From: Eledone cirrhosa
Taxonomy: Eukaryota
NCBI GenBank assembly: GCA_964016885.1
Contig: OZ024741.1
Location: 262,322,001 to 262,386,000, forward strand
Direction: 5' to 3'
Length of the DNA: 64,000 nucleotides
Position numbers and translations under genes: made by a program. Below are positions 25,456 through 38,600 of the stretch, one piece after another (position 1 is the first letter of the stretch; the number at the start of each line of letters is the position of its first letter). The notes under the pieces are model-generated. The model was given only the letters and a program-made list of their open reading frames with translations, had not been told where the DNA came from and did no database searches.

Positions 25456-27966
25456 TTACGTGTGTTTCGGCTTACGAGTGTTTCGACTTACGAGTGTTTT
25501 TACTTACGGTGTTTCGGCTTACTAGTGTTTCGACATACGAGTGTTTTGACTTACGGGTGTTTCGACTTACGAGTGTTTTGACTTACGAATGTTTTGACTT
25601 ACGAGTGTTTCGACTTACTAAGGTTTTACTTACGAGTGTTTCGGCGTACGAGAGTTTTGACTTACGAGTGTTTCGACTTACGAGTGTTTCGACTTACGAG
25701 TGTTTTGACTTACGAATGTGTTGACTTACGGGTGTTTCGGCTTACGGGTGTTTTGACTTACGGGTGTTTCGGCTTACGAGTGTTTCGACTTACGAGTGTT
25801 TTGACTTACGAGTGTTCTGATTTACGGATGTTTCGACATACGAGTGTTTCGACTTACGAGTGTTTCGACTTATGAGTGTTTCGACATACGAGTGTTTCGA
25901 CTTACGAGTGTTTCGGCTTACGAGTGTTTCGACTTACGAGTGTTTTGACTTACGGTGTTTCGGCTTACGAGTGTTTCGACTTACGAGTGTTTTAACTTAC
26001 GGGTGTTTTGACATACGAGTGTTTCGACTAACTAATGTTTTTACTTACGAGTGTTTCGGCGTACGAGAGTTTGGACTTACGAGTGTTTCGACTTACGAGT
26101 GTTTCGACTTACGAGCGTTTTGACTTACGAATGTTTTGACTTACGGGTGTTTCGGCTTACCAGTGTTTCGACTTACGAGTCTTTCGGCTTACGAGTGTTT
26201 CGACTTACTAATGTTTTTACTTACGAGTGTTTCGGCGTACGAGTGTTTCGACTTACGAGTGTTTCGACTTACGTGTGTTTTGACTTACGGGTGTTTCGGC
26301 TTACGAGTGTTTCGACTTACGAGTGTTTTGACTTAAGGGTGTTTCGACTTACGAGTATTTTTGGCTTACGGGTGTTTCGACTTACGAGTGTTTTGACTTA
26401 CGAGTGATCTGATTTACGGATGTTTCGACATACGAGTGTTTCGACTTACGAGTGTTTCGACTTATGAGTATTTCGACTTACGAGTGTTTCGACTTACGAG
26501 TGTTTCGACTTACGAGTGTTCCGACTTACGAGTGTTTCGGCTTTCGAGTGTTTCCGGCTTACGAGTGTTTTGACTTAAGGGTGTTTCGACTTACGAGTGT
26601 TTCGACTTACGAGTGTTTCGACTTACGAGTGTTTCGGCTTACGAGTGTTTTGACTTAAGGATGTTTCGACTTACGAGTGTTTCCATACGAGTGTTCTGAC
26701 TTACGAGTGTTCTGACTTACGAGTGTTTTGACTTACGATCTGACTTACGAGTGTTCCGACTTACGAGTGTTCGGACTTCCGAGTGTTTCGGCTTAGGAGT
26801 GTTTCCGGCTTACGAGTGTTTCGACTTACGAGTGTTTTGACTTACCGTGTTTCGGCTTACGAGTGATTCGACTTACGAGAGTTTTGACTTACGGGTGTTG
26901 TGAATTACGATTGTTGCGATTTACGAGTGTTTTGACTTACGGTGTTTCGGCTTACGAGTGCTTCGACTTACGAATGTTTTGACTTACGGGTGTTTCGGCT
27001 TGCGAGTGTTTCGACTTACGAGTGTTTCGGCTTATGAGTGTTTCGACTTACGAGTGTTTTGACTTAAGGGTGTTTCGACTTACGAGTGTTTCGACTTACG
27101 AGTGTTTCGACTTACGCGTGTTTCGGCTTACGAGTGTTTTGACTTAAGGATGTTTCGACTTACGAGTGTTTCGATACGAGTGTTTCGATTTGACTTACGG
27201 TGTTTCGGCTTACGAGTGTTTCGACTTACGAGTGTTTTAACTTACGGGTGTTTTGACATACGAGTGTTTCGACTAACTAATGTTTTTACTTACGAGTGTT
27301 TCGGCGTACGAGAGTTTTGACTTACGAGTGTTTCGACTTACGAGTGTTTCGACTTACGAGCGTTTTGACTTACGAATGTTTTGACTTACCGGTGTTTCGG
27401 CTTACCAGTGTTTCGACTTACGAGTCTTTCGGCTTACGAGTGTTTCAACTTACTAATGTTTTTACTTACGAGTGTTTCGGCGTACGAGTGTTTCGACTTA
27501 CGGGTGTTTTGACTTATGGGTGTTTCGGCTTACGAGTGTTTCGACTTACGAGTGTTTTGACTTAAGGGTGTTTCGACTTACGAGTATTTTTGGCTTACGA
27601 GTGTTTCGACTTACGAGTGTTTTGACTTACGGTGTTTCGGCTTACGAGTGATTCGACTTACGAATGTTTTGACTTACGGCTGTTTCGGCTTGCGTGTGTT
27701 TCGACTTACGAGTGTTTCGGCTTATGAGTGTTTCGACTTACTAATGTTTTTAATTACGAGTGTTTCGGCGTACGAGTGTTTTGACTTACGAGTGTTTCGA
27801 CTTACGAGTGTTTTGACTTACGAATGTTTTGACTTACGGGTGTTTCGGCTTGCGAGTGTTTCGACTCACTAATGTTTTTACTTACGAGTGTTTCGGCGTA
27901 CGAGTGTTTCGACTTACGAGTGTTTCGGCTCACGAGTGTTTCGGCTTACGAGTGTTTCGACTTACG

Positions 27967-28044
27967 AAAATAACAAATAGACGCGGTTTCAAATCTCTAT
28001 GCTTTTCAAATTCATTACATTAATCTTTATTTATACGTTTCGCT
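27967..28044 (+). repeat. AT-rich element copy 19
   Basis: Direct match to copy 1. Confidence 0.95.
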
Positions 28045-31000
28045 TTACGAATGTTTCGACTTACGAGTGTTTCGACTTACGAGTGTTTCGGCTTACGAGT
28101 GTTTTGACTTACGAGATTTTTTACTTAAGGGTGTTTCGACTTACGCGTGTTTCGGCTTACGAATGTTTTGACTTACGAGTGTTTTGACTTACGGGTGTTT
28201 TGACATACGAGTGTTTCGATACGAGTGTTTCGACTTACGAGTGTTTCGGCTTACGAGTGTTTCGGCTCACGAGTGTTTCGACTTAAGAGTGTTTCGACTT
28301 ACGAGTGTTTCGACTTACGAGTGTTTCGACTTACGTGTGCTTTTGCCATACGGGTGTTTCGGTTTACGAGTGTTTCGACTTACGAGTGTTCTGACTTACG
28401 AGTGTTCCGACTTACGAGTGTTTCGACTTACGAGTGTTTCGACTTACGAGTGTTCCGACCTACGAGTGTTTCGGCTTACGGGTGTTCCGACCTACGAGTG
28501 TTTCGACGGACGAGTGTTCTGACTTACGAGTGTTCCGGCTTACGAGTGTTTCGGCTTAAGAGTGTTTCGACATGCGAGTGTTTTGACTTACGGATGTTTC
28601 GACTTACGGGTGTTTCGACTCACGAGTGTTTCTACTTGCGAGTGTTTCGACTTACGAGTGTTCCGACTTACGAGTGTTTTGACTTACGAGTGTTCCGACT
28701 TACGAGTGTTTCGGCTTACGAGTGTTTCGGCTCACGAGTTTTTCGACTTACGAGTGTTTTGAATTACGAATGTTTTGCCTTACGGGTGTTTCGGTTTACG
28801 AGTGTTTTGACTTACGAGTATTCTGACTTACGAGTGTTCCGACTTAAGGGTGTTTCGACTTACGAGTGTTTCGACTTACGAGTGTTCCGACCTACGAGGG
28901 TTTCGGCTTACGTGTGTTCCGACTTACGAGTATTTTCGGCTTACGAGTGTTTCGACTTACGAGTGTTTTGTCTTACGATTGTTTCGGCTTACGAGTGTTT
29001 CGACTTACGAGTGTTTTGACTTACGGTGTTTCGGTTTACGCGTGTTTCGACTTACGAGTGTTTTGACTTACGGGTGTTTTGACATACGAGTGTTTCGATA
29101 CGAGTGTTCTGACTTACGAGTTTTCTGACTTACGAGTGTTCTGACTTACGGGTGTTCTGACTTACGAGTGTTCCGACTTACGAGTGTTTCGGCTTATGAG
29201 TGTTTCGGCTTACGAGCGTTTCGACTACGAGTGTTTCGACTTACGAATGTTTTTGCTTACGAGTGTTTCGACTTACGAATGTTTTTGCTTACGAATGTTT
29301 TTGCTTACGAGTGTTCTGACTTACGAGTGTTTTGACTTACGAGTGTTCCGACTTACGAGTGTTTTGGTTTACGTGTGTTTCGACTTACGAATGTTTCGGC
29401 TTACGAGTGTTTCGACTTACGAGTCTTCCGACCTACGAGTGTTTCGGCTACGGATGTTCCGACTTACGAGTATTTTCGGCTTACGAGTGTTTTGACTTAC
29501 GATTGTTTTGACTTACGATTGTTTCGGCTTACGAGTGTTTCGACTTACGTGTGTTTCGATTTACGAGTGTTTTGACTTAAGAATATTTTGACTTACGGGT
29601 GTTTCGGCTTACGAGTGTTTCGACTTACGAGTGTTTTGTCTTACGGGTGTTTCGACTTACGAGTGTTTTGGTTTACGTGTGTTTCGACTTACGAATGTTT
29701 CGGCTTACGAGTGTATCGACTTACGAGTGTTTCGACTTACGGTTGTTCTGACTTACGGGTATTCCAACTTACGAGTGATTTTGCATACGAGTGTTTTGAC
29801 TTACGAGATTTTTTACTTACGGGTGTTTCGACTTACGCGTGTTTCGGCTTACGAATGTTTTGACTTACGAGTGTTTTGACTTACGGGTGTTTTGACATAC
29901 GAGTGTTTCGATACGAGTGTTTCGACTTACGAGTGTTTCGGCTTACGAGTGTTTCGGCTCACGAGTGTTTCGACTTAAGAGTGTTTCGACTTACGAGTGT
30001 TTCGACTTACGTGTGTTTTTGGCATACGGGTGTTTCGGTTTACGAGTGTTTCGACTTACGAGTGTTCTGACTTACGAGTGTTTCGACTTACGAGTGTTTC
30101 GACTTACGAGTGTTCCGACCTACAAGTGTTTCGGCTTACGAGTGTTTCGACATGCGAGTGTTTTGACTTACGGATGTTTCGACTTACGGGTGTTTCGACT
30201 CACGAGTGTTTCTACTTGCGAGTGTTTCGACTTACGAGTGTTCCGACTTACGAGTGTTTTGACTTACGAGTGTTCCGACTTACGAGTGTTTCGGCTTACG
30301 AGTGTTTCGGCTCACGAGTTTTTCGACTTACGAGTGTTTTGAATTACGAATGTTTTGCCTTACGGATGTTTCGGTTTACGAGTGTTTTCACTTACGAGTA
30401 TTCTGACTTACGAGTGTTCCGACTTACGGGTGTTTCGACTTACGAGTGTTTCGACTTACGAGTGTTCCGACCTACGAGGGTTTCGGCTTACGGGTGTTCC
30501 GACTTACGAGTATTTTCGGCTTACGAGTGTTTTGTCTTACGATTGTTTCGGCTTACGAGTGTTTCGACTTACGAGTGTTTTGACTTACGGTGTTTCGGTT
30601 TACGCGTGTTTCGACTTACGAGTGTTTTGACTTACGGGTGTTTTGACATACGAGTGTTTCGATACGAGTGTTCTGACTTACGAGTGTTCTGAGTTACGAG
30701 TGTTCTGACTTACGGGTGTTCTGACTTACGAGTGTTCCGACTTACGAGTGTTTCGGCTTATGAGTGTTTCGGCTTACGAGCGTTTCGACTACGAGTGTTT
30801 CGACTTACGAATGTTTTTGCTTACGAGTGTTTCGACTTACGAATGTTTTTGCTTACGAGTGTTCTGACTTACGAGTGTTTTGACTTACGAGTGTTCCGAC
30901 TTACGAGTGTTTTGGTTTACGTGTGTTTCGACTTACGAATGTTTCGGCTTACGAGTGTTTCGACTTACGAGTGTTCCGACCTACGAGTGTTTCGGCTACG

Positions 31001-31335
31001 GATGTTTTGACTTACGATTGTTTGACTTACGATTGTTTCGGCTTACGAGTGTTTCGACTTACGTGTGTTTCGATTTACGAGTGTTTTGACTTAAGAATAT
31101 TTTGACTTACGGGTGTTTCGGCTTACGAGTGTTTCGACTTACGAGTGTTTTGGTTTACGTGTGTTTCGACTTACGAGTGTTTCGGCTTACGAGTGTTTCG
31201 ACATACGAGTGTTTCGACTTACGAGTGTTCCGAATGACGAGTGTTCCGACTTACGAGTGTTTCGGCTTACGAGTGTTTCGGCTTACGAGTGTTTCGACTT
31301 ACGAGTGTTTCGGCTTACGAGTGTTTCGACTTACA

Positions 31336-31413
31336 AAAATAACAAATAGACCCGGTTTCAAATCTCTATGCTTTTCAAATTCATTACATTAATCTTTATT
31401 TATACGTTTCGCT
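31336..31413 (+). repeat. AT-rich element copy 20 (GACCCGG, preceded by TTACA)
   Basis: Match to copy 14, flanking G>A. Confidence 0.95.
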
Positions 31414-32216
31414 TTACGTGTGTTTCGGCTTACGAGTGTTTCGACTTACGAGTGTTTTTACTTAGGGTGTTTCGGCTTACTAGTGTTTCGACATACGAGT
31501 GTTTTGACTTACGGGTGTTTCGACTTACGAGTGTTTTGCCTTACGAATGTTTTGACTTACGGGTGTTTCGGCTTACCAGTGTTTCGACTTACGAGTGTTT
31601 CGGCTTACGAGTGTTTCGACTTACTAAGGTTTTACTTACGAGTGTTTCGGCGTACGAGAGTTTTGACTTACGAGTGTTTCGACTTACAAGTGTTTCGACT
31701 TACGAGTGTTTTGACTTACGAATGTTTTGACTTACGGGTGTTTCGGCTTACGGGTGATTTGACTTACGGGTGTTTCGGCTTACGAGTGTTTCGACTTACG
31801 AGTGTTTTGACTTAAGGGTGTTTCGACTTACGAGTATTTTTGGCTTACGAGTGTTTCGACTTACGAGTGTTTTGACTTACGGTGTTTCGGCTTACGAGTG
31901 ATTCGACTTACGAATGTTTTGACTTACGGCTGTTTCGGCTTGCGAGTGTTTCGACTTACGAGTGTTTCGGCTTATGAGTGTTTCGACTTACTAATGTTTT
32001 TAATTACGAGTGTTTCGGCGTACGAGTGTTTTGACTTACGAGTGTTTCGACTTACGAGTGTTTTGACTTACGAATGTTTTGACTTACGGGTGTTTCGGCT
32101 TGCGAGTGTTTCGACTCACTAATGTTTTTACTTACGAGTGTTTCGGCGTACGAGTGTTTCGACTTACGAGTGTTTCGGCTCACGAGTGTTTCGGCTTACG
32201 AGTGTTTCGACTTACG

Positions 32217-32294
32217 AAAATAACAAATAGACGCGGTTTCAAATCTCTATGCTTTTCAAATTCATTACATTAATCTTTATTTATACGTTTCGCT
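32217..32294 (+). repeat. AT-rich element copy 21
   Basis: Direct match to copy 19, offset 4250. Confidence 0.95.
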
Positions 32295-35200
32295 TTACGA
32301 ATGTTTCGACTTACGAGTGTTTCGACTTACGAGTGTTTCGGCTTACGAGTGTTTTGACTTACGAGATTTTTTACTTAAGGGTGTTTCGACTTACGCGTGT
32401 TTCGGCTTACGAATGTTTTGACTTACGAGTGTTTTGACTTACGGGTGTTTTGACATACGAGTGTTTCGATACGAGTGTTTCGACTTACGAGTGTTTCGGC
32501 TTACGAGTGTTTCGGCTCACGAGTGTTTCGACTTAAGAGTGTTTCGACTTACGAGTGTTTCGACTTACGAGTGTTTCGACTTACGTGTGCTTTTGCCATA
32601 CGGGTGTTTCGGTTTACGAGTGTTTCGACTTACGAGTGTTCTGACTTACGAGTGTTCCGACTTACGAGTGTTTCGACTTACGAGTGTTTCGACTTACGAG
32701 TGTTCCGACCTACGAGTGTTTCGGCTTACGGGTGTTCCGACCTACGAGTGTTTCGACGGACGAGTGTTCTGACTTACGAGTGTTCCGGCTTACGAGTGTT
32801 TCGGCTTAAGAGTGTTTCGACATGCGAGTGTTTTGACTTACGGATGTTTCGACTTACGGGTGTTTCGACTCACGAGTGTTTCTACTTGCGAGTGTTTCGA
32901 CTTACGAGTGTTCCGACTTACGAGTGTTTTGACTTACGAGTGTTCCGACTTACGAGTGTTTCGGCTTACGAGTGTTTCGGCTCACGAGTTTTTCGACTTA
33001 CGAGTGTTTTGAATTACGAATGTTTTGCCTTACGGGTGTTTCGGTTTACGAGTGTTTTGACTTACGAGTATTCTGACTTACGAGTGTTCCGACTTAAGGG
33101 TGTTTCGACTTACGAGTGTTTCGACTTACGAGTGTTCCGACCTACGAGGGTTTCGGCTTACGTGTGTTCCGACTTACGAGTATTTTCGGCTTACGAGTGT
33201 TTCGACTTACGAGTGTTTTGTCTTACGATTGTTTCGGCTTACGAGTGTTTCGACTTACGAGTGTTTTGACTTACGGTGTTTCGGTTTACGCGTGTTTCGA
33301 CTTACGAGTGTTTTGACTTACGGGTGTTTTGACATACGAGTGTTTCGATACGAGTGTTCTGACTTACGAGTTTTCTGACTTACGAGTGTTCTGACTTACG
33401 GGTGTTCTGACTTACGAGTGTTCCGACTTACGAGTGTTTCGGCTTATGAGTGTTTCGGCTTACGAGCGTTTCGACTACGAGTGTTTCGACTTACGAATGT
33501 TTTTGCTTACGAGTGTTTCGACTTACGAATGTTTTTGCTTACGAATGTTTTTGCTTACGAGTGTTCTGACTTACGAGTGTTTTGACTTACGAGTGTTCCG
33601 ACTTACGAGTGTTTTGGTTTACGTGTGTTTCGACTTACGAATGTTTCGGCTTACGAGTGTTTCGACTTACGAGTCTTCCGACCTACGAGTGTTTCGGCTA
33701 CGGATGTTCCGACTTACGAGTATTTTCGGCTTACGAGTGTTTTGACTTACGATTGTTTTGACTTACGATTGTTTCGGCTTACGAGTGTTTCGACTTACGT
33801 GTGTTTCGATTTACGAGTGTTTTGACTTAAGAATATTTTGACTTACGGGTGTTTCGGCTTACGAGTGTTTCGACTTACGAGTGTTTTGTCTTACGGGTGT
33901 TTCGACTTACGAGTGTTTTGGTTTACGTGTGTTTCGACTTACGAATGTTTCGGCTTACGAGTGTATCGACTTACGAGTGTTTCGACTTACGGTTGTTCTG
34001 ACTTACGGGTATTCCAACTTACGAGTGATTTTGCATACGAGTGTTTTGACTTACGAGATTTTTTACTTACGGGTGTTTCGACTTACGCGTGTTTCGGCTT
34101 ACGAATGTTTTGACTTACGAGTGTTTTGACTTACGGGTGTTTTGACATACGAGTGTTTCGATACGAGTGTTTCGACTTACGAGTGTTTCGGCTTACGAGT
34201 GTTTCGGCTCACGAGTGTTTCGACTTAAGAGTGTTTCGACTTACGAGTGTTTCGACTTACGTGTGTTTTTGCCATACGGGTGTTTCGGTTTACGAGTGTT
34301 TCGACTTACGAGTGTTCTGACTTACGAGTGTTTCGACTTACGAGTGTTTCGACTTACGAGTGTTCCGACCTACAAGTGTTTCGGCTTACGAGTGTTTCGA
34401 CATGCGAGTGTTTTGACTTACGGATGTTTCGACTTACGGGTGTTTCGACTCACGAGTGTTTCTACTTGCGAGTGTTTCGACTTACGAGTGTTCCGACTTA
34501 CGAGTGTTTTGACTTACGAGTGTTCCGACTTACGAGTGTTTCGGCTTACGAGTGTTTCGGCTCACGAGTTTTTCGACTTACGAGTGTTTTGAATTACGAA
34601 TGTTTTGCCTTACGGATGTTTCGGTTTACGAGTGTTTTCACTTACGAGTATTCTGACTTACGAGTGTTCCGACTTACGGGTGTTTCGACTTACGAGTGTT
34701 TCGACTTACGAGTGTTCCGACCTACGAGGGTTTCGGCTTACGGGTGTTCCGACTTACGAGTATTTTCGGCTTACGAGTGTTTTGTCTTACGATTGTTTCG
34801 GCTTACGAGTGTTTCGACTTACGAGTGTTTTGACTTACGGTGTTTCGGTTTACGCGTGTTTCGACTTACGAGTGTTTTGACTTACGGGTGTTTTGACATA
34901 CGAGTGTTTCGATACGAGTGTTCTGACTTACGAGTGTTCTGAGTTACGAGTGTTCTGACTTACGGGTGTTCTGACTTACGAGTGTTCCGACTTACGAGTG
35001 TTTCGGCTTATGAGTGTTTCGGCTTACGAGCGTTTCGACTACGAGTGTTTCGACTTACGAATGTTTTTGCTTACGAGTGTTTCGACTTACGAATGTTTTT
35101 GCTTACGAGTGTTCTGACTTACGAGTGTTTTGACTTACGAGTGTTCCGACTTACGAGTGTTTTGGTTTACGTGTGTTTCGACTTACGAATGTTTCGGCTT

Positions 35201-35585
35201 ACGAGTGTTTCGACTTACGAGTGTTCCGACCTACGAGTGTTTCGGCTACGGATGTTTTGACTTACGATTGTTTGACTTACGATTGTTTCGGCTTACGAGT
35301 GTTTCGACTTACGTGTGTTTCGATTTACGAGTGTTTTGACTTAAGAATATTTTGACTTACGGGTGTTTCGGCTTACGAGTGTTTCGACTTACGAGTGTTT
35401 TGGTTTACGTGTGTTTCGACTTACGAGTGTTTCGGCTTACGAGTGTTTCGACATACGAGTGTTTCGACTTACGAGTGTTCCGAATGACGAGTGTTCCGAC
35501 TTACGAGTGTTTCGGCTTACGAGTGTTTCGGCTTACGAGTGTTTCGACTTACGAGTGTTTCGGCTTACGAGTGTTTCGACTTACA

Positions 35586-35663
35586 AAAATAACAAATAGA
35601 CCCGGTTTCAAATCTCTATGCTTTTCAAATTCATTACATTAATCTTTATTTATACGTTTCGCT
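35586..35663 (+). repeat. AT-rich element copy 22 (GACCCGG, preceded by TTACA)
   Basis: Direct match to copy 20, offset 4250. Confidence 0.95.
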
Positions 35664-38600
35664 TTACGTGTGTTTCGGCTTACGAGTGTTTCGACTTACG
35701 AGTGTTTTTACTTAGGGTGTTTCGGCTTACTAGTGTTTCGACATACGAGTGTTTTGACTTACGGGTGTTTCGACTTACGAGTGTTTTGCCTTACGAATGT
35801 TTTGACTTACGGGTGTTTCGGCTTACCAGTGTTTCGACTTACGAGTGTTTCGGCTTACGAGTGTTTCGACTTACTAAGGTTTTACTTACGAGTGTTTCGG
35901 CGTACGAGAGTTTTGACTTACGAGTGTTTCGACTTACAAGTGTTTCGACTTACGAGTGTTTTGACTTACGAATGTTTTGACTTACGGGTGTTTCGGCTTA
36001 CGGGTGATTTGACTTACGGGTGTTTCGGCTTACGAGTGTTTCGACTTACGAGTGTTTTGACTTACGAGTGTTCTGATTTACGTATGTTTCGACATACGAG
36101 TGTTTCGACTTACGAGTGTTTCGACTTATGAGTGTTTCGACTTACGAGTGTTTCGACTTACGAGTGTTTCGGCTTACGAGTGTTTCGACTTACGAGTGTG
36201 TTGACTTACGGTGTTTCGGCTTACGAGTGTTTCGACTTACGAGTGTTTTAACTTACGGGTGTTTTGACATACGAGTGTTTCGACTAACTAATGTTTTTAA
36301 TTACGAGTGTTTCGGCGTACGAGAGTTTGGACTTACGAGTGTTTCGACTTACGAGTGTTTCGACTTACGAGCGTTTTGACTTACGAATGTTTCGACTTAC
36401 GGGTGTTTCGGCTTACCAGTGTTTCGACTTACGAGTCTTTCGGCTTACGAGTGTTTCGACTTACTAATGTTTTTACTTACGAGTGTTTCGGCGTACGAGT
36501 GTTTCGACTTACGAGTGTTTCGACTTACGGGTGTTTTGACTTACGGGTGTTTCGGCTTACGAGTGTTTCGACTTACGAGTGTTTTGACTTACGAGTGATC
36601 TGATTTACGGATGTTTCGACATACGAGTGTTTCGACTTACGAGTGTTTCGACTTATGAGTATTTCGACTTACGAGTGTTTCGACTTACGAGTGTTTCGAC
36701 TTACGAGTGTTCCGACATACGAGTGTTTCGGCTTACGAGTGTTTCCGGCTGACGAGTGTTTCGACTTACGAGTGTTTTGACTTACGGTGTTTCGGCTTAC
36801 GAGTGTTTCGACTTACGAGTGTTTTGACTTACGAGTGATCTGATTTACGGATGTTTCGACATACGAGTGTTTCGACTTACGAGTGTTTCGACTTATGAGT
36901 ATTTCGACTTACGAGTGTTTCGACTTACGAGTGTTTCGACTTACGAGTGTTTCGACTTACGCGTGTTTCGGCTTACGAGTGTTTTGACTTAAGGATGTTT
37001 CGACTTACGAGTGTTTCGATACGAGTGTTTCGATTTGACTTACGGTGTTTCGGCTTACGAGTGTTTCGACTTACGAGTGTTTTAACTTACGGGTGTTTTG
37101 ACATACGAGTGTTTCGACTAACTAATGTTTTTACTTACGAGTGTTTCGGCGTACGAGAGTTTTGACTTACGAGTGTTTCGACTTACGAGTGTTTCGACTT
37201 ACGAGCGTTTTGACTTACGAATGTTTTAACTTACCGGTGTTTCGGCTTACCAGTGTTTCGACTTACGGGTGTTCTGACTTACGAGTGTTCTGATTTACGG
37301 ATGTTTCGAATTATGAGTGTTTCGACTACGAGTGTTTCGACTTACGAGTGTTTCGACTACGAGTGTTTCGACTTACGAGTGTTCTGACTTACGAGTGTTC
37401 TGACTTACGGGTGTTCTGACTTACGAGTGTTCCGACTTACGAGTGTTTCGCTTATGAGTGTTTCGGCTTACGAGCGTTTCGACTACGCGTGTTTCGACTT
37501 ACGAATGTTTTTGCTAACGAGTGTTTCGACTTACGAGTGTTTCGACATACGAGTGTTTTGACTTACCGGCGTTTCGACTTACGGGTGTTTCGACTTACGA
37601 GAGTTTCGACTTACGAGTGTTCTGACTTACGAGTGTTCTGACTTACGAGTGTTCCGACTTGCGAGTGTTTCGGCTTACGAGTGTTTCGACATGCGAGTTT
37701 TTTTACTTACGGATGTTTCGACTTACGGGTGTTTCGACTCACGAGTGTTTCTACTTACGAGTGTTTCGACTTACGAGTGTTCCGACTTACGAGTGTTTTG
37801 ACTTACGAGTGTTCCGACTTACGAGTGTTTCGGCTTACGAGTGTTTTGAATTACGAATGTTTTGCCTTACGGGTGTTTCGGTTTACGAGTGTTTTGACTT
37901 ACGAGTGTTCTGACTTACGAGTGTTCCGGCTTACGAGTGTTTCGGCTTACGAGTGTTTCGACTTACGAGTGTTCCGACCTACGAGTGTTTCGGCTACGGA
38001 TGTTCCGACTTACGAGTATTTTCGGCTTACGAGTGTTTTGACTTACGATTGTTTTGACTTACGGGTGTTTCGGCTTACGAGTGTTTCGACTTACGAGTGT
38101 TTCGACTTACGAGTGTTTTGACTTACGGGTGTTTCGACCTACGAGATTTTTTTACTTACGGGTGTTTCGACTTACGCGTGTTTCGGCTTACGAATGTTTT
38201 GACTTACGAGTGTTTTGACTTACGGGTGTTTTGACATGCGAGTGTTTCGATACGAGTGTTTCGACTTACGAGTGTTCTGACTTACGAATGTTTCGACTAA
38301 CGAGTGTTTCGACTTACGAGTGTTTCGGCTTACGAGTGTTTCGGCTCAGGAGTGTTTCGACTTAAGAGTGTTTCGAATTACGAGTGTTTCGACTTAAGAG
38401 TGTTTCGACTTACGAGTGCTTTTGCCATACGGGTGTTTCGGTTTACGAGTGTTTCGACTTACGAGTGTTCTGACTTACGAGTGTTCCGACTTACGAGTGT
38501 TTCGACTTACGAGTGTTTCGGCTTAAGAGTGTTTCGACATGCGAGTGTTTTGACTTACGGATGTTTCGACTTACGGGTGTTTCGACTCACGAGTGTTTCT

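Larger units (their letters stand above)
17950..26790 (+). repeat. ~4.6 kb imperfect tandem duplication with indels
   Basis: Offsets 4619 (inserts 18261/22880), 4715 (18982/23697), 4602 (20776/25378) and 4554 (ORFs 21306/25860); shared insert variants occur in the same order. Confidence 0.8.
27518..36064 (+). repeat. 4250-bp near-perfect tandem duplication
   Basis: ORF-track entries from 27648 to 31420 recur at +4250 (e.g. 28225/32475, 29997/34247, 31368/35618); rare substitutions, e.g. GGCATA at ~30021 vs GCCATA at ~34271. Confidence 0.93.
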
